The notes: generated by a model from the letters alone, not told the origin. A stretch of 32,000 bases of DNA from Candidatus Iainarchaeum sp. (GCA_037441475.1 JBBISB010000001.1:66418-98417); one strand, 5' to 3'; positions 9,428-18,347 are shown, counted from the first letter of the stretch. Made by a program: numbers and translations.

Positions 9428-10048
9428 TCAGTCAATAACATCTATACAGTTATTTTTATTCCTTTTTCTTTCTTTAATTGCAAGGATTAATAAAAAGATT
9501 GTTAAGGCTATTAAAAAGAATATTGCTATGATTAAAATGATTTCTTTGTTAAAAGAAGAAGTGTATATAATTGGTTCTGCTTGTGCTGTTGCTCCTTGAG
9601 CAATATCCATTACAGCCATTGGTGCTGATTCCACTTTACTTGTCATCATTCTTTCAGTAACATTAATAGCTGCATCATAGGACTTGGCAGTATATTTTGA
9701 TGAAAAAACAGAACTAAAAATATAATACCCAATAAGACCAAAGGTTGCAAAGATGGTTACTACAAAAGAAATTAAAACTTTTATTTCCTTTGGTTTAACT
9801 AATTTTTTTCCTTTCTCTGTTAAAAAATAATATTTCCATTTGTTATCAGATTCTTCTCTTTTAACAAGATCTGCGTCTATAAGGTTATCTAAATGTTCTT
9901 TAATTGTTGGACCTTTTAGGTTTAGTTTTGTGGTTAATTCTGAAAGAGTATATTTACGTTTAGAAAGTTCTTTTAAAAGATCCATCCTTGTATCAGATGC
10001 AATTGCCTTTAAGGTCTTTCTATCAATTAATATTTTTTCTTCTTCCAT
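9428..10048 (-). CDS. ArsR-family winged-helix transcriptional regulator with C-terminal membrane anchors
   Basis: The N-terminal LKAIASDTRMDLLKELSKRKYTLSELTTKLNLKGPTIKEHLDNLIDADLVKRE is an ArsR-type wHTH. It is followed by two hydrophobic helices (VLISFVVTIFATFGLIGYYIF; IILIIAIFFLIALTIFLLILAI). The gene ends with TGA. Confidence 0.75.
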   Translation of the reverse strand: MEEEKILIDRKTLKAIASDTRMDLLKELSKRKYTLSELTTKLNLKGPTIKEHLDNLIDADLVKREESDNKWKYYFLTEKGKKLVKPKEIKVLISFVVTIFATFGLIGYYIFSSVFSSKYTAKSYDAAINVTERMMTSKVESAPMAVMDIAQGATAQAEPIIYTSSFNKEIILIIAIFFLIALTIFLLILAIKERKRNKNNCIDVID

Positions 10049-10106
10049 ATATTATTATCTTGTTTAAATCAATTTTTAAGAGAGTTGTTTTTATAAGGAA
10101 AAAACC

Positions 10107-11444
10107 TTATATTTTTTTTAAAATTCCTTTTGCTGCAATTACCCCTGAGATTGCTGCACCTATAATGTTACCTGAAACACCAGCTCCATCTCCAGCCATA
10201 AAAAGGTTTTTAATTTCTGTTTCAAGGTATTTATCTGTTTTTACCTTTGTTGATCTAAACTTTACTTCAGGAGCATATAGAAAAGTTGAATCTCCATCAA
10301 GACCAGGAAGAATCTTTGAAAGAGCTTCAATACCCTCAATTAAGTTAGTTGTTATTCTGTAAGGCATAGCCATACCTATATCCCCTGGAACAGCATCTTT
10401 TAAAGAAGGTTCTATGTGTGCTTTTAAAAGTCTTTCAGGAGTTGATCTTCTTCCTTGTTTTAGATCCTTAAACCTTTGTATGATTGGTTTTCCTGCACCT
10501 AGAAGAGTTACACCTTGAGCAATAAATTCAGCATATTTTCTTGTTGACTCTAAGGGTTTTGTTAAAGCTACTTCTACAACTAAAGCAAAGTTTGAATTTT
10601 TTCCATCGTTATTTGAGTTTGAGTAACCGTTAACACATACATAGTGATCATAATCTTCAACAGCTACAAATCCTTTTGGGCAAGGACAAAAAGTTCTTAC
10701 AACATCATCAAATGTTTTTGTATATAGAGAATAAATTGTTTCATACATTAGTTCAGAGTGACCATTATTAATTGAAGATGGAAATTCAACTCTTACACCA
10801 ACCTCTACTTTATCATAAACTGTTTCAATTTTGTGTTTCTTTGTAATATGTTCAACCCATGAGGCATTGTATCTTCCTGGTGCACATATTACGTACTTTC
10901 CTAAAATTTCTTTTCCATCAACTGTTTTTACACCTTTAATTTCTTTATTTTCAACTATTAGGTCCTTTATCTCTGTGTTAGGTAGAAGTTCTATTCTCTT
11001 TAAAACATCATCTTGCATTTTTTTAATAATTGTAGGAAGTTTATCTGTTCCTACATGTAAGGTTTTTCTTATAAATAGTTTAATGTTATTTCTTTCAGCA
11101 TTATCAACTAAATCTTTTGCTTGTTGCATGTTTTTTGGATAGTAATCAGGGTCTACCCCATACTCTAAGAATTTCTTTTCAACATAATCTAAGTACTCTT
11201 GATATTCATTTAAGGAATAAAGATGTAAAAGCTTTTCATGAGAGAGAACTGGAGTGAAATGTAGTTTTCCATCAGAGAAGGTACCTGCGCCTCCAAAACC
11301 ATTCATAACTTCTGTTTTTTTTCTGTTTTCAACTAGATTTCCTTTATCTATTAAAATTACTTTTAAGGATTTATTTTGTTTAGAAAACTCTAAAGCAGAA
11401 AAAAGACCGGCAGGACCAGCACCAACTATTATTACATCGTACAT
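10107..11444 (-). CDS. FAD-dependent oxidoreductase (uncharacterised FAD-dependent dehydrogenase family)
   Basis: 445 aa. The N-terminal MYDVIIVGAGPAGLFSALEF is a Rossmann GxGxxG dinucleotide-binding motif. The C-terminal NLFMAGDGAGVSGNIIGAAISG is typical of the COG2509-like FAD proteins (family name from memory). Confidence 0.8.
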   Translation of the reverse strand: MYDVIIVGAGPAGLFSALEFSKQNKSLKVILIDKGNLVENRKKTEVMNGFGGAGTFSDGKLHFTPVLSHEKLLHLYSLNEYQEYLDYVEKKFLEYGVDPDYYPKNMQQAKDLVDNAERNNIKLFIRKTLHVGTDKLPTIIKKMQDDVLKRIELLPNTEIKDLIVENKEIKGVKTVDGKEILGKYVICAPGRYNASWVEHITKKHKIETVYDKVEVGVRVEFPSSINNGHSELMYETIYSLYTKTFDDVVRTFCPCPKGFVAVEDYDHYVCVNGYSNSNNDGKNSNFALVVEVALTKPLESTRKYAEFIAQGVTLLGAGKPIIQRFKDLKQGRRSTPERLLKAHIEPSLKDAVPGDIGMAMPYRITTNLIEGIEALSKILPGLDGDSTFLYAPEVKFRSTKVKTDKYLETEIKNLFMAGDGAGVSGNIIGAAISGVIAAKGILKKI

Positions 11445-11567
11445 TTATTAAAAACCCCTTTTTTTTTATTAATGCAAATTAATGTTGTATAATTAGGTTT
11501 AAAATACTTTTTGTTTTACTGTTTTATATATATAGATAAAAGTATACCTTGTGTATTATGGTTTATT

Positions 11568-12146
11568 ATGATTAAGAATAATAAGATTGAAAAAGTAAAA
11601 AGATTTATACTAAATAGAGAGATTAAAAAAGAAATTAAAAGAGACTTAGCTATTGATCAAAAGATTTCTGCTAATGAAGTGTTTAATTTTTTAACGGAAT
11701 ATAAGAAATCAATTAGATTAAATAAAAATAATAGAGAGTATAGTGAGATTGATAAAACAAATATGAATATATCAATTCTTAATGCAAGGTTAAATGCTTT
11801 AGGAAGAAGAAATTCTAATAAATATTACAATTTAGCTATTGAAAGACTTGAAAATATAAATACTTTTTTCTTACAAAAAGAAGAAATGATTTATAGAACA
11901 AAATTATTTTTAGCAGATATTGAAAAAATACCTAAAAAAGAAATGACTTATGATCTTAATTTTTTGAAAAGTATTACTGTTCAAACTGCTTTTAATGTTG
12001 AAACAAATTTTAGAAGGATATTTACTGAACTTTTAAAAAAATCTCAAAACACAACAAACATTAAAGAATTTTATGCACTTTTAGATATATCTTGTAAAAG
12101 GTTAGATGATTTGTTTATTAAAAAGAAAAATATATATAATAATTAA
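11568..12146 (+). CDS. Hypothetical protein (lysine/asparagine-rich, probably helical)
   Basis: The track ORF begins at a TTG (11511). The first ATG, at 11568 (MIKNNKIEKVKRF...), is the more plausible start. No motifs recognised. Confidence 0.5.
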   Translation: MIKNNKIEKVKRFILNREIKKEIKRDLAIDQKISANEVFNFLTEYKKSIRLNKNNREYSEIDKTNMNISILNARLNALGRRNSNKYYNLAIERLENINTFFLQKEEMIYRTKLFLADIEKIPKKEMTYDLNFLKSITVQTAFNVETNFRRIFTELLKKSQNTTNIKEFYALLDISCKRLDDLFIKKKNIYNN

Positions 12147-12438
12147 ATAATTAATTTTAAAGTACCAAAAGAAAGTTAGGCTTTAAACCTTTATAGGCAA
12201 TTAAAGGAAGTATAGGATAACTATTAGAAGAATTGCTATTAAGTATAGTAGATGACTATCTAAGGAACACAGACTTTTTATAAAACTGTGAAGAGATTTA
12301 ACTAAAATTACTAATAAAGTTATTTCTTCAAGAAACAAAGAAAGGTCAAAAGTAGTATTCTATCAGTGTTTTTCACCTCCTTTATCTTCTTTTTGCAAAA
12401 ATAAAAGTAAGCTCAAAACCACATATATAATATACTTG

Positions 12439-12466
12439 GAAGAAGATTTAAAGGCTTCTTTTTTTT
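12439..12466 (+). terminator. Terminator-like hairpin plus T8 inside an ORF-free region
   Basis: aagaag (12440-12445) pairs with cttctt (12455-12460) around a 9-nt loop and runs into T8 (12459-12466). It lies about 290 nt after the nearest upstream plus-strand stop, so what it terminates is unknown. Confidence 0.25.
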
Positions 12467-12533
12467 AATTGCCATCCTCTGCAATCTACATAATCCAATT
12501 TATATAAAAACGTATTCTTGTATTAATATATTA

Positions 12534-13760
12534 ATGAAAGATATTGAAAAAATATTTAATCTTATAAAAAAAGAAGAAAAGAGACAACAAGAGACAATTG
12601 AGCTTATAGCTTCTGAAAATATTACCTCTAAAAAAATAAGAGAAGCTTGTGGATCTGTTTTAACAAACAAATATGCTGAAGGATATCCGTCAAAAAGATA
12701 TTATTCAGGGTGTGTTAATGTTGATGAAATTGAACAAATGGCAATTGATTCTTGCAGACAACTTTTTTCTTGTAAATTTGCAAACGTTCAACAACATTCA
12801 GGATCAAATGCTAATGAGATAGCATATTTTTCTTTACTTGAAGCTGGAGATAAGATATTAGGAATGTCTCTTGATGCAGGTGGACATTTAACACACGGTT
12901 ATAAGATTAATTTTTCTGGAAAAAATTATACTTCTTTTTCTTACGGTCTTGACTCTGATGGATATATTGATTATCAAGCTTTAGAAAATCTTGCAAAAGA
13001 AATTAAACCAAAATTGATTGTTGCAGGGGCATCTGCTTATCCTAGAAAAATAGACTTTAAAAGATTTAGAGAGATTGCTGATTCTGTTGGTGCTTATCTT
13101 ATGGTTGATATGGCACACATAGCAGGTTTAGTTGCAGCTGGTTTGCATCAATCGCCTGTTGAATATGCATACATTATAACTTCTACAACTCATAAAACAT
13201 TAAGAGGGCCTAGAGGTTGGTTTATTATTACCAATAACGAAGAACTTTCTAAAAAAATAGATAAAGCTTGTTTTCCTGGTTTTCAAGGTGGACCTTTAGA
13301 GCATATTATTGCAGGAAAAGCTATATGCTTTATAGAAGCTTTAGAACCATCCTTTAAAGAATATCAAGAACAGGTTTTAAAAAATTCAAAAGTTTTTGCT
13401 CAAGAACTTTTAAAATATGGTTTTAATCTTGTTACAAATGGAACTGATAACCATTTGATGTTAGTTGATCTTAGAAGTAAAAAAATTACTGGAAAAAAAG
13501 CAGAAGAACTTTTAGAGAAATGTAATATATCTGTAAATAAGAACGCTATACCAAACGATCCTGAAAAACCATTTGTAACATCTGGGATAAGGATTGGAAC
13601 TCCTGCTATAACTAATAGGGGAATGAAAGAAGAAGATGTAAGATTAATTGTTTCATTTATAGATAGAGTTATATCTAATCCTGAAGATATAGAGATACAT
13701 GAAAAGATAAAAGAAGAAGTTATTTGTTTTTTAGAAAGATTTAAAATTAATGAAATATAA
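12534..13760 (+). CDS. glyA: Serine hydroxymethyltransferase
   Basis: 408 aa. [39 protein letters not shown] (PLP lysine) and GFQGGPLEH are canonical SHMT motifs. Confidence 0.95.
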   Translation: MKDIEKIFNLIKKEEKRQQETIELIASENITSKKIREACGSVLTNKYAEGYPSKRYYSGCVNVDEIEQMAIDSCRQLFSCKFANVQQHSGSNANEIAYFSLLEAGDKILGMSLDAGGHLTHGYKINFSGKNYTSFSYGLDSDGYIDYQALENLAKEIKPKLIVAGASAYPRKIDFKRFREIADSVGAYLMVDMAHIAGLVAAGLHQSPVEYAYIITSTTHKTLRGPRGWFIITNNEELSKKIDKACFPGFQGGPLEHIIAGKAICFIEALEPSFKEYQEQVLKNSKVFAQELLKYGFNLVTNGTDNHLMLVDLRSKKITGKKAEELLEKCNISVNKNAIPNDPEKPFVTSGIRIGTPAITNRGMKEEDVRLIVSFIDRVISNPEDIEIHEKIKEEVICFLERFKINEI

Positions 13761-13781
13761 TTTAGGAAAAGATGGTAAAAA

Positions 13782-14195
13782 ATGAAAATATACTTTGCAG
13801 GATCAATTAGTGGTGGAAGAGATGATCAAGAGATTTATTTTGAGATAATTAAATATCTTAAAGAAAAAGGGCATGATGTTTTAACAGAACATATCTCAGA
13901 TAAAGGCTTATCAAGTTATGGAGAAAAAAATCTTTCTTCTAAAGAAATATATTTAAGAGATATTGAATGGATTAAGAATGCTGATATTTTAATTGCTGAG
14001 GTTACACAAGTTTCTTTAGGGGTTGGTTATGAACTTGGTTTTGCTGAAGGAATAGGTAAAAAAATAATTTGTCTTTATAGAGAAAAAGAAGGTAAGAGAT
14101 TATCTGCAATGGTTGATGGTAATGATAATTTTAAAGTTATTAGGTATAAGGATATTAGTGAAGTTTTAGAAAAATTAAATGAATTTTTAAGATAA
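13782..14195 (+). CDS. 2'-deoxynucleoside 5'-phosphate N-hydrolase (DNPH1/Rcl-like, nucleoside 2-deoxyribosyltransferase superfamily)
   Basis: 137 aa. IYFAGSISGGRDD...VLTEHI...ADILIAEVTQVSLGVGYELGFA...RLSAMV matches the remembered human DNPH1 blocks YFCGSIRGGRED, VLTEHV, AEVTQPSLGVGYELG and LSAM. Confidence 0.85.
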   Translation: MKIYFAGSISGGRDDQEIYFEIIKYLKEKGHDVLTEHISDKGLSSYGEKNLSSKEIYLRDIEWIKNADILIAEVTQVSLGVGYELGFAEGIGKKIICLYREKEGKRLSAMVDGNDNFKVIRYKDISEVLEKLNEFLR

Positions 14196-14220
14196 TAATT
14201 ATGAAAGGTAGTGAAATTAT

Positions 14221-14901
14221 ATGAAAGGAAAGTTAATTGTTATTGATGGAACTGATGGTTCTGGAAAACATACACAAACTATGCTTTTAAAAGAAAATCT
14301 TTTAAAAGAAGGATACTTTGTTGAAACAATTGATTTTCCACAGTATGGTTTAAAATCAGCTGCACCTACAGAAGAATATCTTAATGGTAAGTATGGATCT
14401 GCTAATGATGTTACTCCTTATCAAGCATCTATTCTTTATGCTGTAGATAGGTTTGCAGCTTCTTTTAAGATTAAAGAGTGGCTTAACGAAGGAAGGGTTG
14501 TTCTTTGTGACAGATATGTTTCTGCAAATATGGGACATCAAGCAGGAAAAATTGAAAATATAGAAGAAAGAGATAAATTTCTTGATTGGTTATTTGATTT
14601 AGAGTATAATATTTTTAAAATACCAAAACCAGATATAAATATTTTTTTATATCTTGATCCTGAGATTGCAAGAAGGCTTGCACAGGATAATAAATCTGAA
14701 AAATTTACAAACAATGTTAAAAAAAATGATATTCATGAAAAAGATCCAGAACATATGAAAAAAGCATCACAAGCTTTTTTATATGTTGCTAAAAAATATG
14801 ATTGGATAACTATTGATTGTTCTGATAAAAATAAAGGGATTAGGACAAGAGAAGAAATATCTTTAGAAGTTTTAAAAAAGGTAAAAGAAAAAGGGGTTTG
14901 A
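14221..14901 (+). CDS. tmk: Thymidylate kinase (dTMP kinase)
   Basis: 226 aa. It has the P-loop VIDGTDGSGKHTQ, the DRY motif (LCDRYVSAN) and a lid region. It contains an in-frame A8 run (14719-14726). It ends TGA TAA, 6 nt before the thyA start. Confidence 0.85.
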   Translation: MKGKLIVIDGTDGSGKHTQTMLLKENLLKEGYFVETIDFPQYGLKSAAPTEEYLNGKYGSANDVTPYQASILYAVDRFAASFKIKEWLNEGRVVLCDRYVSANMGHQAGKIENIEERDKFLDWLFDLEYNIFKIPKPDINIFLYLDPEIARRLAQDNKSEKFTNNVKKNDIHEKDPEHMKKASQAFLYVAKKYDWITIDCSDKNKGIRTREEISLEVLKKVKEKGV

Positions 14902-14907
14902 TAAAAT

Positions 14908-15775
14908 ATGAAAGCATACCTAAGCATTATTAAAGACATTCTTGAAAAAGGAGAAATTAAAGAAAATAGGACAGGTGTAAATACTGTTGCTATTGCTGGA
15001 GCTATGTTTGAACATGACATGGCTTATGGTTTCCCTTTACTTACAACTAAAAGTGTGCCTTTTAGATTAGTTGCATCTGAACTTGAGTTTTTTATTAAAG
15101 GTTTAACTGATAAAAAATGGTTAATGTCTGAAAATAATCATATCTGGGATCAATGGTGTTCACCTGATATTGTACCTTATGGAACTGATGAAGAAACTAA
15201 ATTAAAAATGAAAGAAGAAAGAGAGATTGGACCTATCTATGGTTGGCAATGGAGAAACTTTGGTGCAAAATATACTTCTTTTGATAAAGCACCTGAAGGA
15301 TTAGGAATTGATCAACTTAAAAAACTTGTAGATACATTAAAGAAAAATCCAAATGATAGAAGAATGATTGTATCTGCTTGGAACCCTGTTGATATTCATA
15401 GAATGGCTCTTCCACCTTGTCATTATGGCTTTCAAGTAACTGTTATTAATGGTAAGTTAAATCTATTATGGAATGAAAGATCTGTTGACTATGCTTTAGG
15501 ACTGCCGTTTAATATTGCGAGCTATGGATTATTATTACATTAACTTGCAAAAGAAGCTGGTCTTAAGGAAGGAAAATTAATTGGTTTTTTAGGGGATACA
15601 CATGTTTATGAAAATCATATAGAGGGTTTAAAAGAACAACTTAAAAGAGAACCTTTTAGTTTACCAAAGATCGAAACTAAAAACTTTAAATCTATCTTTG
15701 AATGGAAATACTCTGATACTGAGATTATTGATTATAAAAAAACAGCCACCTATAAAATTTGAAATTGCTGTTTAA
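14908..15775 (+). pseudogene. thyA: Thymidylate synthase ThyA, interrupted by an in-frame TAA and a C-terminal frameshift
   Basis: Motifs present: RTGVNT, GPIYGWQWRNFG, DQL, PNDRRMIVSAWNP, MALPPCH (catalytic Cys), ERSVDYALGLPFNIASY, GDTHVYENH. An in-frame TAA sits at 15541-15543 (ASYGLLLH*LAKEAG, where ThyA has Leu/Met). A one-base shift in the A7 run 15736-15742 is needed to reach the conserved C-terminus YKKQPPIKFEIAV* (stop 15773-15775). Confidence 0.85.
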
Positions 15776-15789
15776 GAGGTTTTTTATAA

Positions 15790-16293
15790 ATGAAAGAAGT
15801 AATCATTATTGCTGCAGTTTCTAAAAATAATGTAATAGGTAAAGATAACAAGATACCTTGGTATATTAAAGAAGATTTTCTTCATTTTAAGGAGCTTACA
15901 ACAGGGCATCCTATAATCATGGGTAAAAATACTTACCTTTCTTTACCTAAACGACCACTTCCTAATAGAACAAATATTGTTTTAACCTTTAAAGAAGATG
16001 ATTTTAATGAAAAAAATATTTTTATTAAACATTCTTTAGAGGATGCTATTTATTTTGGACATAGTATTAATGAAAGAATATATATCATTGGTGGAGCATC
16101 CATTTACAAACAATCTATTGAAATTGCAACAAAATTAGAAATTACAAGAATTGATCAAGAGTATCAGTGAGATACATTCTTTCCTGAAATTGATTTAGAT
16201 GTTTGGAAAGTTATTAAAGAAGAAAAACATGAGTGGTATTCTTTTTTAACCTACATTAGAAAGTTAAATTATTATGGATGTCAAAATTATTAA
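15790..16293 (+). pseudogene. folA: Dihydrofolate reductase, interrupted by an in-frame TGA
   Basis: IIAAVSKNNVIGKDNKIPW, GHPIIMGKNTYLSLP and IYIIGGASIY are DHFR motifs. An in-frame TGA lies at 16168-16170. The same frame stays open afterwards (DTFFPEIDLDVWKVIKEEKHEWYSFLTYIRK...) to TAA 16291-16293. The total of 167 codons is a normal DHFR length. Confidence 0.8.
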
Positions 16294-16981
16294 AAAAGAA
16301 ATAGATTCTTACTTTAATAAAGAAAGAAGCCTTCACTCCAAAAGATTCTTTAAGACTGGTAAGGGAGAGTATGGAGAAGGGGATGTCTTTCTTGGTTTAT
16401 CTGTTCCTTTACAGAGAAGTATTGCTAAAAAATATTTTAAAGAAATTAAAATCACTGACTTGAACGTCCTTATCACTTCAAAAGTTCATGAACATAGACA
16501 GGTTGCTTTATTTTTATTGGTTTATAGATTTGATATTGAAAGTAATCTTGGACAAAAAGAAATATTTGATTATTATGTTAAAAATATTGAATATGTAAAC
16601 AACTGGGACTTAGTGGACTCTTCTGCTCCAAACATTATTGGAAGATATCTTTTTGAAAATCCTTCTAAAAGAGATGTACTTTACAAGTGGGTTAAATCAG
16701 AGAAGCTTTTTATTAGAAGGATCTCTATTATAGCTACTTTTTATTTTATTAAAAATAACTATTTTTCTGATAGTTTAAAAATATCAAAAATTCTTTTGAA
16801 AGATAAGGAAGACTTAATCCATAAAGCAGTTGGATGGATGCTTAGAGAGATTGGAAATAGGGATCTACAAGAAGAAACTAAATTCTTAGATAAACATGTA
16901 AAGGAAATGCCAAGGACAATGCTTAGGTATGCTATTGAAAAGTTTGAAGAGGAAAAAAAATTAAAATATCTTAAAGCTTAG
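16274..16981 (+). CDS. DNA alkylation repair protein (AlkD-like HEAT-repeat family)
   Basis: 235 aa. FFKTGKGEYGEGDVFLGLSVP, NNWDLVDSSAPNIIG and HKAVGWMLREIG match the DNA_alkylation (AlkD-like) family pattern. The start overlaps the folA 3' end by 20 nt. Confidence 0.8.
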   Translation: MDVKIIKKEIDSYFNKERSLHSKRFFKTGKGEYGEGDVFLGLSVPLQRSIAKKYFKEIKITDLNVLITSKVHEHRQVALFLLVYRFDIESNLGQKEIFDYYVKNIEYVNNWDLVDSSAPNIIGRYLFENPSKRDVLYKWVKSEKLFIRRISIIATFYFIKNNYFSDSLKISKILLKDKEDLIHKAVGWMLREIGNRDLQEETKFLDKHVKEMPRTMLRYAIEKFEEEKKLKYLKA

Positions 16982-17412
16982 ATTCTTGAAGCTACCCAGA
17001 AAGTTAAAAATCCTAAAAAAGCAAATAAAAAGTAAAATGGGCTTAAAAGAAATAATGGAGCTGAAAGATAGATTCCTGTTGTTAAGGATTTGTATATTGA
17101 AGGACTTGTGGTTAAAAAGACTAAGACAAAGATACATCCTATTATTATTAAAGGCACTAATAACAATTTAGTGAGTATAAAGACTATAATTGCAGCTATA
17201 AACAGAAGTATTGATATGTTTTTTTGATGCTTGTTGATCATATTATCTTCATTAGATATATCTGGTAAAAATAAATAGATTATAAAGATCCCAGCAACAA
17301 TTATTAAAGGAATACTAGATAGTTTAGTAAAATCTACAAATAAGATATATACTAAATAGAAAACTAATAACCCTAATAAAATTCTAACTTCTTGTTTCAT
17401 AAATATAACCAA
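16978..17412 (-). CDS. Hypothetical membrane protein
   Basis: Track ORF, 144 aa, 4 hydrophobic helices. It overlaps the convergent upstream gene end by 4 nt. Confidence 0.5.
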   Translation of the reverse strand: MVIFMKQEVRILLGLLVFYLVYILFVDFTKLSSIPLIIVAGIFIIYLFLPDISNEDNMINKHQKNISILLFIAAIIVFILTKLLLVPLIIIGCIFVLVFLTTSPSIYKSLTTGIYLSAPLFLLSPFYFLFAFLGFLTFWVASRI

Positions 17413-17474
17413 ATATAGTTTGTATAACTATATTAGGTTAAAAAATGTTTATAAACATTACTTTTTCTTATAAA

Positions 17475-18266
17475 TTACCTATGTGCTTTCTTTTTATGTT
17501 TTATCATAGATAAAGGTATAATTTTCTTAGAAGTTGTTGGTTTTATTAAACTTTTAATCTCAGGCATGCATTCTTTAGGTACATTTTTAAAATCTATTTT
17601 TGAGAGAGGAACTTTTAAATCTATAAACCTTTTTAAATAATTTTCAAAAGCATATCTTTTATATTCTTTTTCAGAAGCTGTGTTGTATTTTGGGGGCATT
17701 TCTAAAACATAGTTAATTTTTTTACTTTCAGAGTATTTTTGGATGAAGGTAATTACTTTAGACATCCAATCTTGATTTAGTTTTGATGAAAGTCTTTGTA
17801 AATCGTTTCTTTTACCTTTAACTCCTTGCATATACTTTAACCTAAGAGTAGGATCGCTTTTTTCAAAACTGAATAGAAAATTAAAATTAGCTATTATTTC
17901 ATTTTTATAAAAAATATCGTACTGAGTGCCGTTATAAAACTCATGAGGAGAAGTGTAATTAGATTTTTTAATTTTAAAATCTTTTCTAAAAGAAATTTCT
18001 TTGAATTTATTTCTAAAATTAAGATTATAGTCAATAGATTTAATTATTTTATTAAAGGATAAATCTTTTGGAAGTAAGATTAATATCTTTAGGGCATTTT
18101 CAAGTTCAAGAGAATTATGGTATTTTTTTAAAATATATTCTTTTTGTTTAGTGGTTATTGATCTAAATGAATCTTTAGAGTAAGTATTAAAGAATAAATA
18201 GATTGCTTCATTTTCTTTAATATGTGGACCTAAGTCATTTAAGAATAATTCTAAATTTATTGTCAT
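17475..18266 (-). CDS. Hypothetical protein, paralog of 2460..3197 (QGVK motif family)
   Basis: Track ORF, 263 aa. It shares the FYK...F.FSF...(L/I)(K/N)(Y/F)(M/I)QGVK...(Q/K)(D/N)W...FI core and a basic C-terminal tail (MIKHKKKAHR versus KIRKRIKPR). Confidence 0.6.
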   Translation of the reverse strand: MTINLELFLNDLGPHIKENEAIYLFFNTYSKDSFRSITTKQKEYILKKYHNSLELENALKILILLPKDLSFNKIIKSIDYNLNFRNKFKEISFRKDFKIKKSNYTSPHEFYNGTQYDIFYKNEIIANFNFLFSFEKSDPTLRLKYMQGVKGKRNDLQRLSSKLNQDWMSKVITFIQKYSESKKINYVLEMPPKYNTASEKEYKRYAFENYLKRFIDLKVPLSKIDFKNVPKECMPEIKSLIKPTTSKKIIPLSMIKHKKKAHR

Positions 18267-18347
18267 ATATGTAAAATTTAAAGATAAACTGTTTTTTAAA
18301 AGTATCTGTTAATTAAATATTTATTAAGATATAAATTAGATACATTT

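Noticed and set aside
9318-11451. Plus-strand track ORFs 9318..9599, 9840..10067, 9988..10362, 10831..11142 and 11254..11451
   Set aside because: They are antisense to the ArsR and FAD-oxidoreductase genes, which have clear motifs. Their composition is typical of shadow frames.
11511-11567. TTG start at 11511 for the hypothetical protein
   Set aside because: The extra 19 residues (FYCFIYIDKSIPCVLWFI) overlap a TATA-like promoter stretch. The first ATG at 11568 is the more parsimonious start.
12196-12473. 10-bp long-range inverted repeat ggcaattaaa / tttaattgcc as the closing stem of a structured RNA
   Set aside because: By a rough estimate, a 10-mer match of this kind is expected by chance in about 400 nt of 70% A+T sequence. 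There is no supporting internal structure.
12147-12533. Riboswitch (ZTP or THF) or RNase P RNA upstream of glyA
   Set aside because: I looked for the ZTP 3' CCGCCTGGGC-like box and for the RNase P CR-I/CR-V pairing (GAGGAAAGTCC with ACAGAA...GGCTTA). Only loose resemblances were found (agaaagttaggc, acacagac), without the complementary P4 strand.
14356-15020. Minus-strand track ORFs 14356..14541 and 14733..15020
   Set aside because: They are antisense to tmk and thyA.
14899-16170. Genome-wide stop-codon reassignment (for example TGA = Gly) as an explanation for the in-frame stops
   Set aside because: All three stop codons terminate well-defined genes here: TGA for tmk and the ArsR gene, TAA and TAG for many others. 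The in-frame stops are of two kinds (2 TAA, 1 TGA), and they co-occur with frameshifts in the same genes. This cannot be fully excluded without the whole genome.
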